Program-made: the position numbers and the translations under genes | Notes under the pieces: generated by a model | What the model was told of the DNA's origin: nothing | Databases searched by the model: none | What the model saw: the letters and a program-made list of their open reading frames with translations, nothing else | In this document: positions 11,260-21,835 of the stretch, piece after piece | How the letters are laid out: each line of letters opens with the position of its first letter | Numbering within the stretch: position 1 is the first letter of the stretch | Source: Promethearchaeota archaeon | GTDB lineage: Archaea > Asgardarchaeota > Lokiarchaeia > Sigyniarchaeales > SOKP01 | DNA: 64,000 bases | Assembly: GCA_048940925.1 (NCBI GenBank) | Contig: JBHLOC010000010.1 | Coordinates: 44,694-108,693, forward strand | Direction of reading: 5' to 3'

Positions 11260-12330
11260 TTATAATAGTAAATTCCAATTTATTTCCTTATCAATTAGAT
11301 TGAGAACTTTTTCCATTTCATCTTCTTGAACCCCTGGTTGTACTCTTTCTAAGTTTCTCATTGTAGTATAAGTATCAGAAGGACTTAAGATAATAGGAAT
11401 TCCTTTTTTGTTTGCTGCAGTAATTACACTCATATCAGGTTGAATAAAGCCCGTTAAAATCAACACTGAGACTTCTTGGTCAAGTGCAGCCATAGCTAAA
11501 TCTGTACGATCTCCTCCCGTAATGACTGCTGCACGTTTAACTTGTCTTAAATATTTTAATGCTGCTTGAGCATTCATAGCACCGATAAGATATGTTTCAA
11601 CAAGATTATTTAGACCTGCTACTGCTTGCTCATTTATTAATTCCCCTCCAATCTGTTCTTTGATTTCATTTACTCGGGGAGAAAATAATTCAATACTTTT
11701 TTCAATGATACCGAGAACAGGGATATTATAGCGAAATATATGTTCTTCTGTAAGCTCTTTAATCCTTGCGATGTATTCATAATCAATTTTATTGAAAATT
11801 ATACCCATAATCTTAATATTTCTAAACTCAAAATAATTTTTAGTAAAAAAGAAATTGTCTATTCCTCGATCTGATGATTCTGTAGAAACATAGATTAATT
11901 CCTTAATTCCTAGAGCTTGCGCAATACTGACATCATCAATCCCAACTCTAATAAACTTTCTGATACTTGGATTACCCTCAATTATAACATAATCTACATC
12001 TTTTGTAATGTTTTTATATGCTTGTTTGATCTTTTGTAAAAATTCTACTTTTTTATTAGCATCAATCAAATCCACATAATATACGTCTGGAACTGATACA
12101 GGAGAAATAAAATCATAAGGATAATCTGTTTTATAAACAGTGTTTAAGATGAACCCGACATCTGGATCTGCTTTATTTGTAAACGCACTTTTAGGAATGC
12201 CAATTGGTTTAAAATATACGAATTTTTTTCCTTCTCTTTTTAATTTTTGAATAAAACCTATTGAGAGAAAGCTTTTTCCGGCCATTTCCTCTAAAGAACA
12301 TAAATAAAAAGTTTTAACCATATTTTTCAC
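11260..12330 (-). CDS. Phosphotransacetylase N-terminal-like (BioD-like + DRTGG) protein
   Basis: AGKS P-loop variant, YFKPIG, VITGGDRTD; no Pta catalytic domain; adjacent to acd. Confidence 0.85.
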   Translation of the reverse strand: MKNMVKTFYLCSLEEMAGKSFLSIGFIQKLKREGKKFVYFKPIGIPKSAFTNKADPDVGFILNTVYKTDYPYDFISPVSVPDVYYVDLIDANKKVEFLQKIKQAYKNITKDVDYVIIEGNPSIRKFIRVGIDDVSIAQALGIKELIYVSTESSDRGIDNFFFTKNYFEFRNIKIMGIIFNKIDYEYIARIKELTEEHIFRYNIPVLGIIEKSIELFSPRVNEIKEQIGGELINEQAVAGLNNLVETYLIGAMNAQAALKYLRQVKRAAVITGGDRTDLAMAALDQEVSVLILTGFIQPDMSVITAANKKGIPIILSPSDTYTTMRNLERVQPGVQEDEMEKVLNLIDKEINWNLLL

Positions 12331-12388
12331 TTTTTCCTAACTTTTCTCTAATTTTATTAAATTTTTTTATTATATTAACATAATTTAA

Positions 12389-14542
12389 TTATCTTTTTAT
12401 TGTAATTTTTATATCTACTGCACTATAGCCTCTAATAAAAGCTAAAAGTGGATTAATGTCTAATTCAACAATTTCTGGAAAATTATTTACCAGTTGAGCC
12501 AGTCTCATAAGAACATCAATTATCGCTTGTTTATCAGAAGGTGATTCTCCTCTAACACCTTCTAATAAGCTATTAATTTTAGTAGATTCGATTAATTTTC
12601 TTGCATCATCTCTGGTAAATTTATAAGCTAAAGCAAAACCAACATCTTGAATAAAATTTGCATATATTCCTCCCGTTCCAAACATTAGAAGAGGTCCAAA
12701 TTGAGGATCTCGAGACATACCTATAATTAATTCATTCACCTTTGGTTGAGCTTTAAAATCTATCATCTCTTGTACTTCTACACCATAAATTTTAGCATTT
12801 TGTGGACCGAATTTTTTTGCATTATTTACTATCTGTATATACGCTTCAAATGCATCTTGCTTAGTTTCTATGTTTAATAGGATTCCTCCAACATCAGTTT
12901 TATGAATTATTTGTGGACTAACTATCTTCATAACAGCTTTTCCAATTTCGGATTGTAATTCCATTGCTTGTTTAGGAGTCTGAGCTAATCGAGATTTTGG
13001 GGACTTTATACCGTAACACTCAAAAACTTCACTTGTTTCATAGCTTAATAAGACAGTTCTTTCATCATTACGAACTTGAGAAAATATATCTTTTACTCGA
13101 TTTTTATTTACTTTGAATGAAGGAAATTCTAACTCATTTAAAGGTGTTGTTTTCAAAAATTCATGCCGTTTTACCAAAGTCTTTAAGGCATGAGCTGCTT
13201 GGTCGGGAAATTGATAACAAGGAATATGATTCTGCTTTAAATAATCTCGACCCTCTGCAATAATTTTTCCTCCAATAAAGGAACATACAACTGGTTTTTC
13301 ATTCAAATAATTATTTGAAATACTATGTACAAGCTTAGCAACTTCTGTTGGCTGGGTCTGGGCTTGTGGAGTCACTATAATTAAAGCACCATGGGTTCTG
13401 ATCTCCCCGAAATTTTGTCCAGTATTTATACCAAAGACTGTTTTAATTGTAAATTCATACCGCGAAGGAGGAGCGTCTCCTACAATATCAATAGGATTAA
13501 AAATAGCTGCTTCTACAGGTAGATTTTCTCGTAATAAATGAAGAATAGGCTCAGAAAAACTAGCAAATTTTAATTTCTCACGTTCAAAAGCATCAGTAGC
13601 AACTATTCCAGGACCTCCTGCGTTAGTAATTATTGTGAAAGAATTTTCTTTTGGAATAGGTTGATATAAAAATATCTCACCATAATCGAATAGGTCTTCG
13701 ATTGTTTTAGCTCTTATAACTCCACATTTTTCAAATGCTAAATCATATGCAATATCTGCTCCTGCCAAAGCTCCAGTGTGGCTTGATGCTGCTCTTGCCC
13801 CAGCTTCACTTACTCCAGATTTTAATACTACAATCGGTTTTTTTCTTGTTGCTTCTGGTAAAATTTCTAAAAAACGATCTCCATCCTTTATACTTTCTAA
13901 GTAACAGAGTATAACCTTGGTATTTTCATCATTTGCTAAATACTCAATAAAATCGACTGCTCCTAAATCCGCTTTATTTCCTAAACTGATATTACATGAA
14001 AATCCAAACGTTTGAGTCAATGAATAATCCATCATCCCAGTAAGCATAGCTCCTGATTGTGAAATCATTGCAATTTCCCCTTTTTTCGGAGTCTCAGCTG
14101 CGAATGAACCATTGTAATTAACCCCTATAAAACCTAAGCAGTTAGGCCCTAGGATCCGCATATTATATTTTCTACCAATATTAACGAGCTGCTCTTCCCT
14201 TTTTACTCCTTCTCCCCCAACTTCCTTAAAACCTGCTGAGATAACTATTATTCCCTTAACCCTTTTTCTGCCACATTCTTCCGCTGCTTTATTTACAAAT
14301 TTATTGGGTATTACAAAAATAGCTATGTCGATATCTTCTGGAACACTTAAAATATTATCGAAACAGGGAAGATCACAAATTATATCTGCCTTAGGATTTA
14401 TAGGAAAAATCTTTCCGTTATATCCAGAATTTATAATATTAGTTAAAACTGTATTACCTACTTTCCCTTTCGTAGAACTAGCACCAATTACTGCAATGCT
14501 TTTAGGGTTGAAAAAGTATGAAAGATTAGGATTCTTCGACAT
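12389..14542 (-). CDS. acdAB: ADP-forming acetyl-CoA synthetase, fused alpha-beta
   Basis: PKSIAVIGAS, ILGPNCLG, SQSGA, SSHTGALAG, NPIDIVGDA, HKTDVGG, ELDINPL; start moved to ATG 14542 (MSKNPNL). Confidence 0.9.
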   Translation of the reverse strand: MSKNPNLSYFFNPKSIAVIGASSTKGKVGNTVLTNIINSGYNGKIFPINPKADIICDLPCFDNILSVPEDIDIAIFVIPNKFVNKAAEECGRKRVKGIIVISAGFKEVGGEGVKREEQLVNIGRKYNMRILGPNCLGFIGVNYNGSFAAETPKKGEIAMISQSGAMLTGMMDYSLTQTFGFSCNISLGNKADLGAVDFIEYLANDENTKVILCYLESIKDGDRFLEILPEATRKKPIVVLKSGVSEAGARAASSHTGALAGADIAYDLAFEKCGVIRAKTIEDLFDYGEIFLYQPIPKENSFTIITNAGGPGIVATDAFEREKLKFASFSEPILHLLRENLPVEAAIFNPIDIVGDAPPSRYEFTIKTVFGINTGQNFGEIRTHGALIIVTPQAQTQPTEVAKLVHSISNNYLNEKPVVCSFIGGKIIAEGRDYLKQNHIPCYQFPDQAAHALKTLVKRHEFLKTTPLNELEFPSFKVNKNRVKDIFSQVRNDERTVLLSYETSEVFECYGIKSPKSRLAQTPKQAMELQSEIGKAVMKIVSPQIIHKTDVGGILLNIETKQDAFEAYIQIVNNAKKFGPQNAKIYGVEVQEMIDFKAQPKVNELIIGMSRDPQFGPLLMFGTGGIYANFIQDVGFALAYKFTRDDARKLIESTKINSLLEGVRGESPSDKQAIIDVLMRLAQLVNNFPEIVELDINPLLAFIRGYSAVDIKITIKR

Positions 14543-14744
14543 TATGAAGGGATATTGTAAGATTATACTATTATAAAATTGTATTGTAACTATAACTTTC
14601 AATCTTATTAAACTTTTATGTACTTCTTCTTTTCTTACCACAGCTATGCATTTTATTACTCAATTTTCTGCTATTATCTCAATTCAGAATCTTTCATTAA
14701 GTTTAAAATCAAATAATACAATTAAGAATTAAAAAAAAAAGAAT

Positions 14745-17441
14745 TTATTTAATTAATTTAAAGCGTTTTCTAATTAGAATTATAGCAGCTATGGATATTA
14801 ATCCTATTATGATATAGAGATTATAGCTAGGTATCCCACCTCCACCTCCTGGAATCTCTTCGCTAGATAACGTAAAATTTGAACTTTCATCGTAGGTGTC
14901 AGGATTCGCAACATCACTAATTTTAATCTGATAATCAATTCCATCTTCCAAATCTGTTGGAATATCCCATGTGTAAGACCCATCATTATCTGTGCTTGCC
15001 ACGATTTCTAATACAAACTCTCCATCCTTTAAGAGCTCGATTTTTACATCCGAAATGCTACCTGTCGAAGTCCAAGTAATATCTTGTGAAGTACCCATTT
15101 CCCACACAGTAAGGCTTTCAGGACTAGTGATAGTGAGAGAATCTACTTCTGGAGTAGTGAAAATTTCGAAATTTTCACTGAGATCGTGAGTTTCAGGATT
15201 AGTGACATCGCTAACCTTTATCTGATAATTAACAGAATCATCGAGTCCTGAGGGTATTGACCAGAGATATTCACCATCGTTATCTGTGCTTGCCACGATT
15301 TCTAGTTCAAACACACCATCCTTAAAGAGTTCAATTTTTATATTAGAAATAGTTCCTGTTGATATCCAAGTGATAGATTGATCCGTATCTGTTTCCCAAG
15401 AACTTAAACTATCAGGTTTGGTAATGGTAAGAGAGTCTGGTATGTAATAACTAAACTCTACATTAGTATAACTGAAGTTAAATGAGCAAATAGCACCCTG
15501 ATCATTAATAAACGTTCCATTTAACAATATACCCGTACTTTTTTCATACCATACAGTTTCTCCTGGAATAGTTAAATCTTCCAAAACCCATACCTCTACT
15601 GCACCATAACCTGGAAGATCATAAATCAATTCACCACTAACATTGAATATATGTTCATAACCCCACAAAAGACCAATGGGGACATTATCACCTAGAGAAA
15701 TATCGGTAAATATCCACCCAGGATCATGAGTTCCACTCCCTAATAACGCTTTCCCCGATACACCTGTCATAATTCTTGTAGTGCAGTCTACATTGTAATA
15801 AGTAAAATAATCATATCCCTCATCCAGTAAAATAACCCACCACTCGCCATCAAATATTGTTCCAAAGTTAAAGAAATATTGAAAATGAGAATATCCCATA
15901 TATTCGGGACCTCCAGATTGGAACATAAAAGTATAATTCGTAAACATACCATTGAATAATTGGCCTTCAATAAGGTATATTATCTCAGTTATGAAATTGT
16001 TTTCAGTATTAGTTTCACTAGGCAACGGGGGAGTGTATGCAGTAAAATTATAGCTTCTATATTCTGTAGGTGTCCACATATAATTGATTGTTTCACTGGC
16101 ACCAACAGGAAGGTTTGGAATAGTGATTGATTCAACAATAGTTTCATCGAGATATAATAATAAATCAACATTAACATCATCGGATGTACCAATATTATTA
16201 ACTGTTGCATTGATCATGTAAGACATACCTATCTCAGGATTGCTGGGAGCCTCTATAGAAACACTTAAATCATGTAAAGGACCTTTGATGACCAATTCAT
16301 ATGGATATGGTGGAGAGGCACTTCCTTTATCAAATTCGTAAGGTAACCTTAAGTAACTGAGATATTGCCCATCCGGTGATAGATTTGGGATTTCATCGAG
16401 ATAAGGCCCATCTGTCAATTGTTCAATTCCAGTACCATCTACTTTTATTTTGAATATATGCATGTTGCCGTCTGCTCGGTCACTGCCCATTAATAGTCCT
16501 TGCACATCACTAGGATCATAATTATAGTGCCTATTAATAAAATCATCATCAATAACAGTTACCTGTGTCATACTCGTTCCATCTATATCAATCGCATATA
16601 TATTATCATTTTCAGTCCAAACAACTGTATTTCCATCAGCTAGTACCTGCATTGCAATTACCGACGAAAAAGCTTTAATCGTAGACTTACCTGAACCATC
16701 AACATTGCAACATTTATGAGTAGTAGGATTACCAAAATATGTTTGTGCCCCCCATAAAAGTTTATTACCTGTTGGTGATAAAGTAACTCTCCAGGTATAA
16801 TCAGGAGAGGAAATTGAATATCGACTATAACTGCCATCATCAGTACATACAAAAGTTTGCCACCATCCACCACCTGTGTTGGCGTGAAAATATACTAAGT
16901 TCGTTCCTGGAATGAATCTCCCCCATCCTACGTTCCCAGTAGCTCCTCCAGTGGATCCTGGACCACTACTTCGACTAAAAGTTACCTGTGTCATACTCGT
17001 TCCATCATACTTTATTTTCCAAAGTTCATTCCGACCATAATATGAAGCGGGAGTGCCTTCCTCACGTCGTATTCTATAAAGAATCCAGTCATCCTTCCAG
17101 TCTAATAAACCATTATACTCTACCTCAGAGGATATCGGTTGGTGATTAATGAGTTCAGCGGTAAAAGGATCTTTTTCTGCGACCCAGAGTTCACAATTCC
17201 ACTGCTCCAAATTTGGACTCTTTACATACGCAATTTTAGTTCCATCTGGTGACCAAACATGGCCAGTTACATTTGCGATGGTATAAAAGTCTTGACTTAA
17301 GTTGGGATTTTTTAAAGTAGGTTGACTATTAGCGTCAAATTTTCCTTGAAAATTACTGATATTTGTAAAGAAAAGCATAGAAAATCCTAAGAAAACACTT
17401 AGAGTACATAGAAATATCTTCTGTTTTCTTATATTTTTCAT
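14745..17441 (-). CDS. Surface protein: TolB-like beta-propeller, CARDB/Ig domain, two tandem Ser/Thr-rich Ig-like domains, IPSY-TM-basic C-terminal anchor
   Basis: WSPDGTKIAY and LSPDGQYL blades; two ITW.STG.IS.(I/V)KIEL...DNDG.Y.W.IP repeats; IPSYNLYIIIGLISIAAIILIRKR tail. Confidence 0.8.
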   Translation of the reverse strand: MKNIRKQKIFLCTLSVFLGFSMLFFTNISNFQGKFDANSQPTLKNPNLSQDFYTIANVTGHVWSPDGTKIAYVKSPNLEQWNCELWVAEKDPFTAELINHQPISSEVEYNGLLDWKDDWILYRIRREEGTPASYYGRNELWKIKYDGTSMTQVTFSRSSGPGSTGGATGNVGWGRFIPGTNLVYFHANTGGGWWQTFVCTDDGSYSRYSISSPDYTWRVTLSPTGNKLLWGAQTYFGNPTTHKCCNVDGSGKSTIKAFSSVIAMQVLADGNTVVWTENDNIYAIDIDGTSMTQVTVIDDDFINRHYNYDPSDVQGLLMGSDRADGNMHIFKIKVDGTGIEQLTDGPYLDEIPNLSPDGQYLSYLRLPYEFDKGSASPPYPYELVIKGPLHDLSVSIEAPSNPEIGMSYMINATVNNIGTSDDVNVDLLLYLDETIVESITIPNLPVGASETINYMWTPTEYRSYNFTAYTPPLPSETNTENNFITEIIYLIEGQLFNGMFTNYTFMFQSGGPEYMGYSHFQYFFNFGTIFDGEWWVILLDEGYDYFTYYNVDCTTRIMTGVSGKALLGSGTHDPGWIFTDISLGDNVPIGLLWGYEHIFNVSGELIYDLPGYGAVEVWVLEDLTIPGETVWYEKSTGILLNGTFINDQGAICSFNFSYTNVEFSYYIPDSLTITKPDSLSSWETDTDQSITWISTGTISNIKIELFKDGVFELEIVASTDNDGEYLWSIPSGLDDSVNYQIKVSDVTNPETHDLSENFEIFTTPEVDSLTITSPESLTVWEMGTSQDITWTSTGSISDVKIELLKDGEFVLEIVASTDNDGSYTWDIPTDLEDGIDYQIKISDVANPDTYDESSNFTLSSEEIPGGGGGIPSYNLYIIIGLISIAAIILIRKRFKLIK
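16557..17006. repeat. Exact 27-bp direct repeat (16557-16583 and 16980-17006) encoding DGTSMTQVT
   Basis: AGTTACCTGTGTCATACTCGTTCCATC occurs twice in otherwise divergent propeller blades. Confidence 0.85.
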
Positions 17442-17617
17442 TTAAATTTCGCCTAATAGGTATATATTAACATACAAAAATATTATTATCTTATATTTAA
17501 CTTTTATCTCACTAAATAATTTACCAAATATATGTCAATACTAATTAGTCGAAAATGATGATTAAAAAGAGGTGCTAAAACCAAAATAATTAAAATTATT
17601 TTATATTCTTCTCTTGT

Positions 17618-18094
17618 ATGACGCAAATTATTATGGTTACAAATAAAGGGGAAATTAATCTTAACTTATTTGATGACGATGCACCGATGACAGTTGCAAG
17701 TTTTCTGCATTTAGTAAACCAAGGATTTTATAATGGAATAATATTTCATCGAGTAATTTCAGATTTCATGATTCAGGGTGGTGATCCGCTTGGAAAAGGA
17801 TATGGAGGCCCAAAAGAAAAGGGTATAACTTCATTTCCATATAAAGGGCAAAATATTAGTTATCCTTTTCAAGACGAGTTTCAAAGTGGGAGGAAATTTG
17901 ATAAGCCAGGCATACTAGCGATGGCTAACGCTGGTCCTAATACAAATGGATCACAATTTTTTATTACTCATGTCCCTACGCCTCATCTTAATAATGCCCA
18001 TACAATTTTTGGGGAAGTAATTAGCAACGCAGATCAAGCAGTAGTTGATTCAATCAGACAGGGAGATAAAATTCTTGAAATAAAAATAATTTAG
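17618..18094 (+). CDS. ppiA: Cyclophilin-type peptidyl-prolyl isomerase
   Basis: FHRVISDFMIQGGDP, LAMANAGPNTNGSQFFIT, HTIFGEV. Confidence 0.95.
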   Translation: MTQIIMVTNKGEINLNLFDDDAPMTVASFLHLVNQGFYNGIIFHRVISDFMIQGGDPLGKGYGGPKEKGITSFPYKGQNISYPFQDEFQSGRKFDKPGILAMANAGPNTNGSQFFITHVPTPHLNNAHTIFGEVISNADQAVVDSIRQGDKILEIKII

Positions 18095-18277
18095 ATCTTA
18101 ATTTAGGAAAATTCTTTTACCCTTTTTTCTTTTCTTTCTCTTTAATTTCATAGAATTAATCTTTTATACTAATTAGAGTGGTATAAGGAAATTAAATATT
18201 TATAGATATTATAGATATTAATATAATAGAAGATCGTATTTATCATACAAAATTAAATTAGTTGAAATTGTTAGGAA

Positions 18278-19663
18278 ATGAGTCGAGATTTAAAAGATTT
18301 AATAGATTCTGTTGAACAAAAAACAAAATCACAAGCTGAATTAGAAGCAACTATTAATTCTTTAAAAGAGAAAATAAATAAATTGAATTTTACAATTAAA
18401 GAGCAACAATTATTAATAGAAAATCAACAGAGTCAAATAAAATCTGATCACGCTAATCTCCCAAGCGAAGTTGAAATATTAAAGGACACCATAATTTTCC
18501 AGAGAGATGAATTAACCAGAAGAGATGATGAAATAAACGCATTGAACGAAAGAATTGATGAATTAAATGATCAGTTAAGCGGATCTGACAAAGGGGATCA
18601 AATTTCTAAAGATAAAGAAGAATTAATTAATGCACAAAAGCTAATTATCCAATTAACGGAAGAAAATGAGCAAGAGAAAAGTAATGTTGAAGAATTAAAA
18701 TCACATATTGAAAAATTACAAACCGAGATAAAAGAATTACAACAAATACCTTTTAACAATACCCCAAAAGAAGAAAATGAAGAATTACTAAATGTTAAAA
18801 AACTAAATTTTCAATTGATGGAAGAAAATGGCTTATTGCGCGTTGAAATTGAATCTTTAAAAAATCAACTCCAAGAAGATATTGAAGCAAAAAACCAATA
18901 TGAAGTAAAATTAGCAAATAAGAAAATTGAACTATTATCTTTAGAATTAGAAGATTCTAAGAAACTTGTAAATTATTTACAAGAAGAATTAGAAGCAAGT
19001 AATGAATTATCTAATGAAATAACGACTAATAAAGAAGAACTACAGGCTTTAAATGATACTTTAATACAATATCAAGATGAGAATCAACAACTTAATAATA
19101 CAGTTCTCAAACTAAAAGAAGAATTAAATGCTACTATCGAATTATCTAAAGAGTTAGTTTCTAATAAAGAAGAAATAAAAAATTTAAGAGATTCTTTATC
19201 AAGGTATAAAGATGAGAATAAAAAGCTCAATGAACAGGTTCTCAAATTAAGAAACGATATTTCACTGAAATTTAAAGAAGAAATATCTAAATTACCTATA
19301 GCCCATTATTTCCCAAATTGTTTTCAAATATCTCTTTTAAAACAAATGTATTATCTTTTAGATGAAAATAATAAAGAATCAATAATTAGTCTACTTATTA
19401 GAGATTTAAATAGTAATAACATTGACATAAAAAGATTTGCTATTAGAATTCTAAGTGAAATAAAAGATGATAGGATTTATAATGCGTTTCTTGAAATGAT
19501 TCATGATCAAGATTGGTTGGTTAGATATAATTTAATTAAGGCTCTTAATAAATTTGAAATAAAAGATGATAAATTTGAAGAATTGTTGAAAAAACTCTCT
19601 AAAGATATAGATGTAGATGTTCGGGAACTTGCAATTAAGATGTTAAATGATATCTCTCAATAA
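18278..19663 (+). CDS. Long coiled-coil protein with C-terminal HEAT repeats
   Basis: E/K/Q/L heptads over ~330 aa; DQDWLVRYNLIKAL and DIDVDVRELAIKML HEAT motifs. Confidence 0.75.
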   Translation: MSRDLKDLIDSVEQKTKSQAELEATINSLKEKINKLNFTIKEQQLLIENQQSQIKSDHANLPSEVEILKDTIIFQRDELTRRDDEINALNERIDELNDQLSGSDKGDQISKDKEELINAQKLIIQLTEENEQEKSNVEELKSHIEKLQTEIKELQQIPFNNTPKEENEELLNVKKLNFQLMEENGLLRVEIESLKNQLQEDIEAKNQYEVKLANKKIELLSLELEDSKKLVNYLQEELEASNELSNEITTNKEELQALNDTLIQYQDENQQLNNTVLKLKEELNATIELSKELVSNKEEIKNLRDSLSRYKDENKKLNEQVLKLRNDISLKFKEEISKLPIAHYFPNCFQISLLKQMYYLLDENNKESIISLLIRDLNSNNIDIKRFAIRILSEIKDDRIYNAFLEMIHDQDWLVRYNLIKALNKFEIKDDKFEELLKKLSKDIDVDVRELAIKMLNDISQ

Positions 19664-19713
19664 TTTTAACTTAATTTTGTTTTCAATCCAAACTGTATAT
19701 ATCAAATTAAAAG

Positions 19714-20478
19714 CTATGGTAAATACTCCTTAAGTTTACTCTTAGAAAGATAATCTGCTAAGTATAATGGTTCTGGTTGTCTATGCTTTTTCGCTGTATT
19801 TAAACAAACATTTACAGCAGTTTCGATAGTGACTTTATAACCTTCACTTATGAAGACTGGTTTAGAATTATCTTTTAAACAAACGGCATATCCTAGCAGT
19901 TCGTTTGAAATGTTATTAAGAGTGATATTTGGATTTCTAGCCCAAATTGGAGCTTTATTACCTTTAAATTTCTCAATATCGTTCCAATTGGAAAAACCAA
20001 TAAAAGGATTTTTAGCAACACCTATGCTAGGAATATTTAGAGCTAAACCAAGATGGACTGCCTCTCCAAATCGTCTAGGATGAATCTTCCCATGACCATC
20101 GCACATTATAAGATCTGGTTTATTTGAAAGTTTTAAAATTGCTTTTGCTATAAGTTTACATTCTCTAAATCCTAAAAAGCCTGATTTATAAGGAAATTTG
20201 ACGATACCATGACAAAAGTCATAAGTTTCCATTTGTTCATTTTTAATATTCCACCCTACTGCACATGCTACTCCATATTCATCCTTTCTTCTGATATAAT
20301 ATGAAATGTCTACTCCAGCAATCATAGTTATATCTTCAATGTTGCTAAATTTCTTATCTAATTGAATTTTTTTAAGAATATTTTTATATTTGATTTGAAG
20401 TGACTTTGCCTGCTCAAATGAATAATCTTCTCTTAATAACTCATGCTTTCTTAGCATTCTAAAACTATTAATATACAA
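19714..20478 (-). CDS. nfi: Endonuclease V
   Basis: AGVDISY, FPYKSGFLGFRE, DGHGKIHPRRFG, IGVAK, PEPLYLAD. Confidence 0.92.
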   Translation of the reverse strand: MYINSFRMLRKHELLREDYSFEQAKSLQIKYKNILKKIQLDKKFSNIEDITMIAGVDISYYIRRKDEYGVACAVGWNIKNEQMETYDFCHGIVKFPYKSGFLGFRECKLIAKAILKLSNKPDLIMCDGHGKIHPRRFGEAVHLGLALNIPSIGVAKNPFIGFSNWNDIEKFKGNKAPIWARNPNITLNNISNELLGYAVCLKDNSKPVFISEGYKVTIETAVNVCLNTAKKHRQPEPLYLADYLSKSKLKEYLP

Positions 20479-20610
20479 ACTTTATTTATTATTAAATTGA
20501 TACCTTTTAATATTATTTTAGATTCGCGATTTAAATTAAACAATTTATAGTTATAAATAAAAAATTTACAAAAAATAAAATATATTTATTATCAAATAAA
20601 AAAAATCGAG

Positions 20611-21423
20611 TTGACAAAAATGAAGATTGCAGTTAGTGGAAAGGGTGGAGTTGGTAAAACTTTAATAGCTGGAACTTTAGCAAGATTATTTGCCAAAGAG
20701 GGGTTCAATGTTTTGGCGATAGATAATGATTCTGCAATGAATTTAAGTTATACTTTAGGAATTAGTCAAGAAATAAAAGAAAAAATCATACCAATCTCTG
20801 AAATGAAAAGCCTTGTAGAAGAGAGAGTTTCTATAAAAGGAGCGGGGTCTGGGATTTATAATATTAACCCAAAAGTATCTGATATTCCAGATAAATATAA
20901 AGTAAGAGGTCCAGATGGTTTACAACTTTTAGTACTCGGTTCTATTGAAGAACCTGCTACAGGATGTTTATGCCCTGAAAATGCGCTAATAAGAACACTA
21001 TTATATAACTTGTTTGTTAAAAGAGATGAAGTTATAATTGTTGATTTTGAAGCAGGACTAGAACATCTCGGGAGAGGAACAGCAAAAGGTATAGACGTAA
21101 TGTTAGTAATAACTGAACCTTCTCAAAAATCATTAGACTTATGCGCCAAGATAATTAATCTATCAAAAAAATTAGGAATTATCAATATATTTTTGATTGC
21201 TAACAAGGTTTTTGATGAGTCACAATTAGAAATTATAAATCAAAGAGTTCAAAAATGGGGAGTTCCTCTTTATCATACAATTCCTTTTGATTCTGAGATA
21301 GGAATAGCTGATTTAAAAGGTGAATCTCCTATCGATTTTAATCCTGATTCTAAAGGACTAGGCTCAATAAAATCACTTTATTCAAAATTAAAGCGATTAA
21401 AAGATGAATTGTTTGATTTATAG
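20611..21423 (+). CDS. cooC: CooC/AcsF-type nickel-insertion ATPase
   Basis: SGKGGVGKT, GCLCPEN (CxC), DFEAGLEHLGRGT. Confidence 0.88.
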   Translation: MTKMKIAVSGKGGVGKTLIAGTLARLFAKEGFNVLAIDNDSAMNLSYTLGISQEIKEKIIPISEMKSLVEERVSIKGAGSGIYNINPKVSDIPDKYKVRGPDGLQLLVLGSIEEPATGCLCPENALIRTLLYNLFVKRDEVIIVDFEAGLEHLGRGTAKGIDVMLVITEPSQKSLDLCAKIINLSKKLGIINIFLIANKVFDESQLEIINQRVQKWGVPLYHTIPFDSEIGIADLKGESPIDFNPDSKGLGSIKSLYSKLKRLKDELFDL

Positions 21424-21660
21424 TATATCATTTATATCCATATCTAACTCTTCAGACATTTCTTTCCACTGTTCTATTGCTTCTAATGCTTCTTTTTCAT
21501 TCATCATCTCGATGGCATAGCCTGCATGGACTATTACAAATTTCCCTATCTCTGGATTTTGAATTAAAGCTATAATTACTTTCTGCTTGATCCCATCAAA
21601 ATCTACTAATGCTGAATTTCCAGTTATTTCTAAGATTTTTCCTGGGATTGCTAGGCACAT
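21418..21660 (-). CDS. hypC: Hydrogenase maturation chaperone HypC
   Basis: MCLAIPG N-terminus, VIVHAGYAI. Confidence 0.95.
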   Translation of the reverse strand: MCLAIPGKILEITGNSALVDFDGIKQKVIIALIQNPEIGKFVIVHAGYAIEMMNEKEALEAIEQWKEMSEELDMDINDIL

Positions 21661-21835
21661 TTTATTAAATTAGCAAATTAGAATTAATTATATATAGTAA
21701 TATTGGGAGTTAAATAAAATTAATGAATACTTAAGATAAGAGAAGGGAAGTTTTTAATTTGAAGGATTATAGAATTAAAATCAGCTTATTTAATTAATTT
21801 TAGAAATAATCTATTCCAAAAAGTGAAAATTTAAA

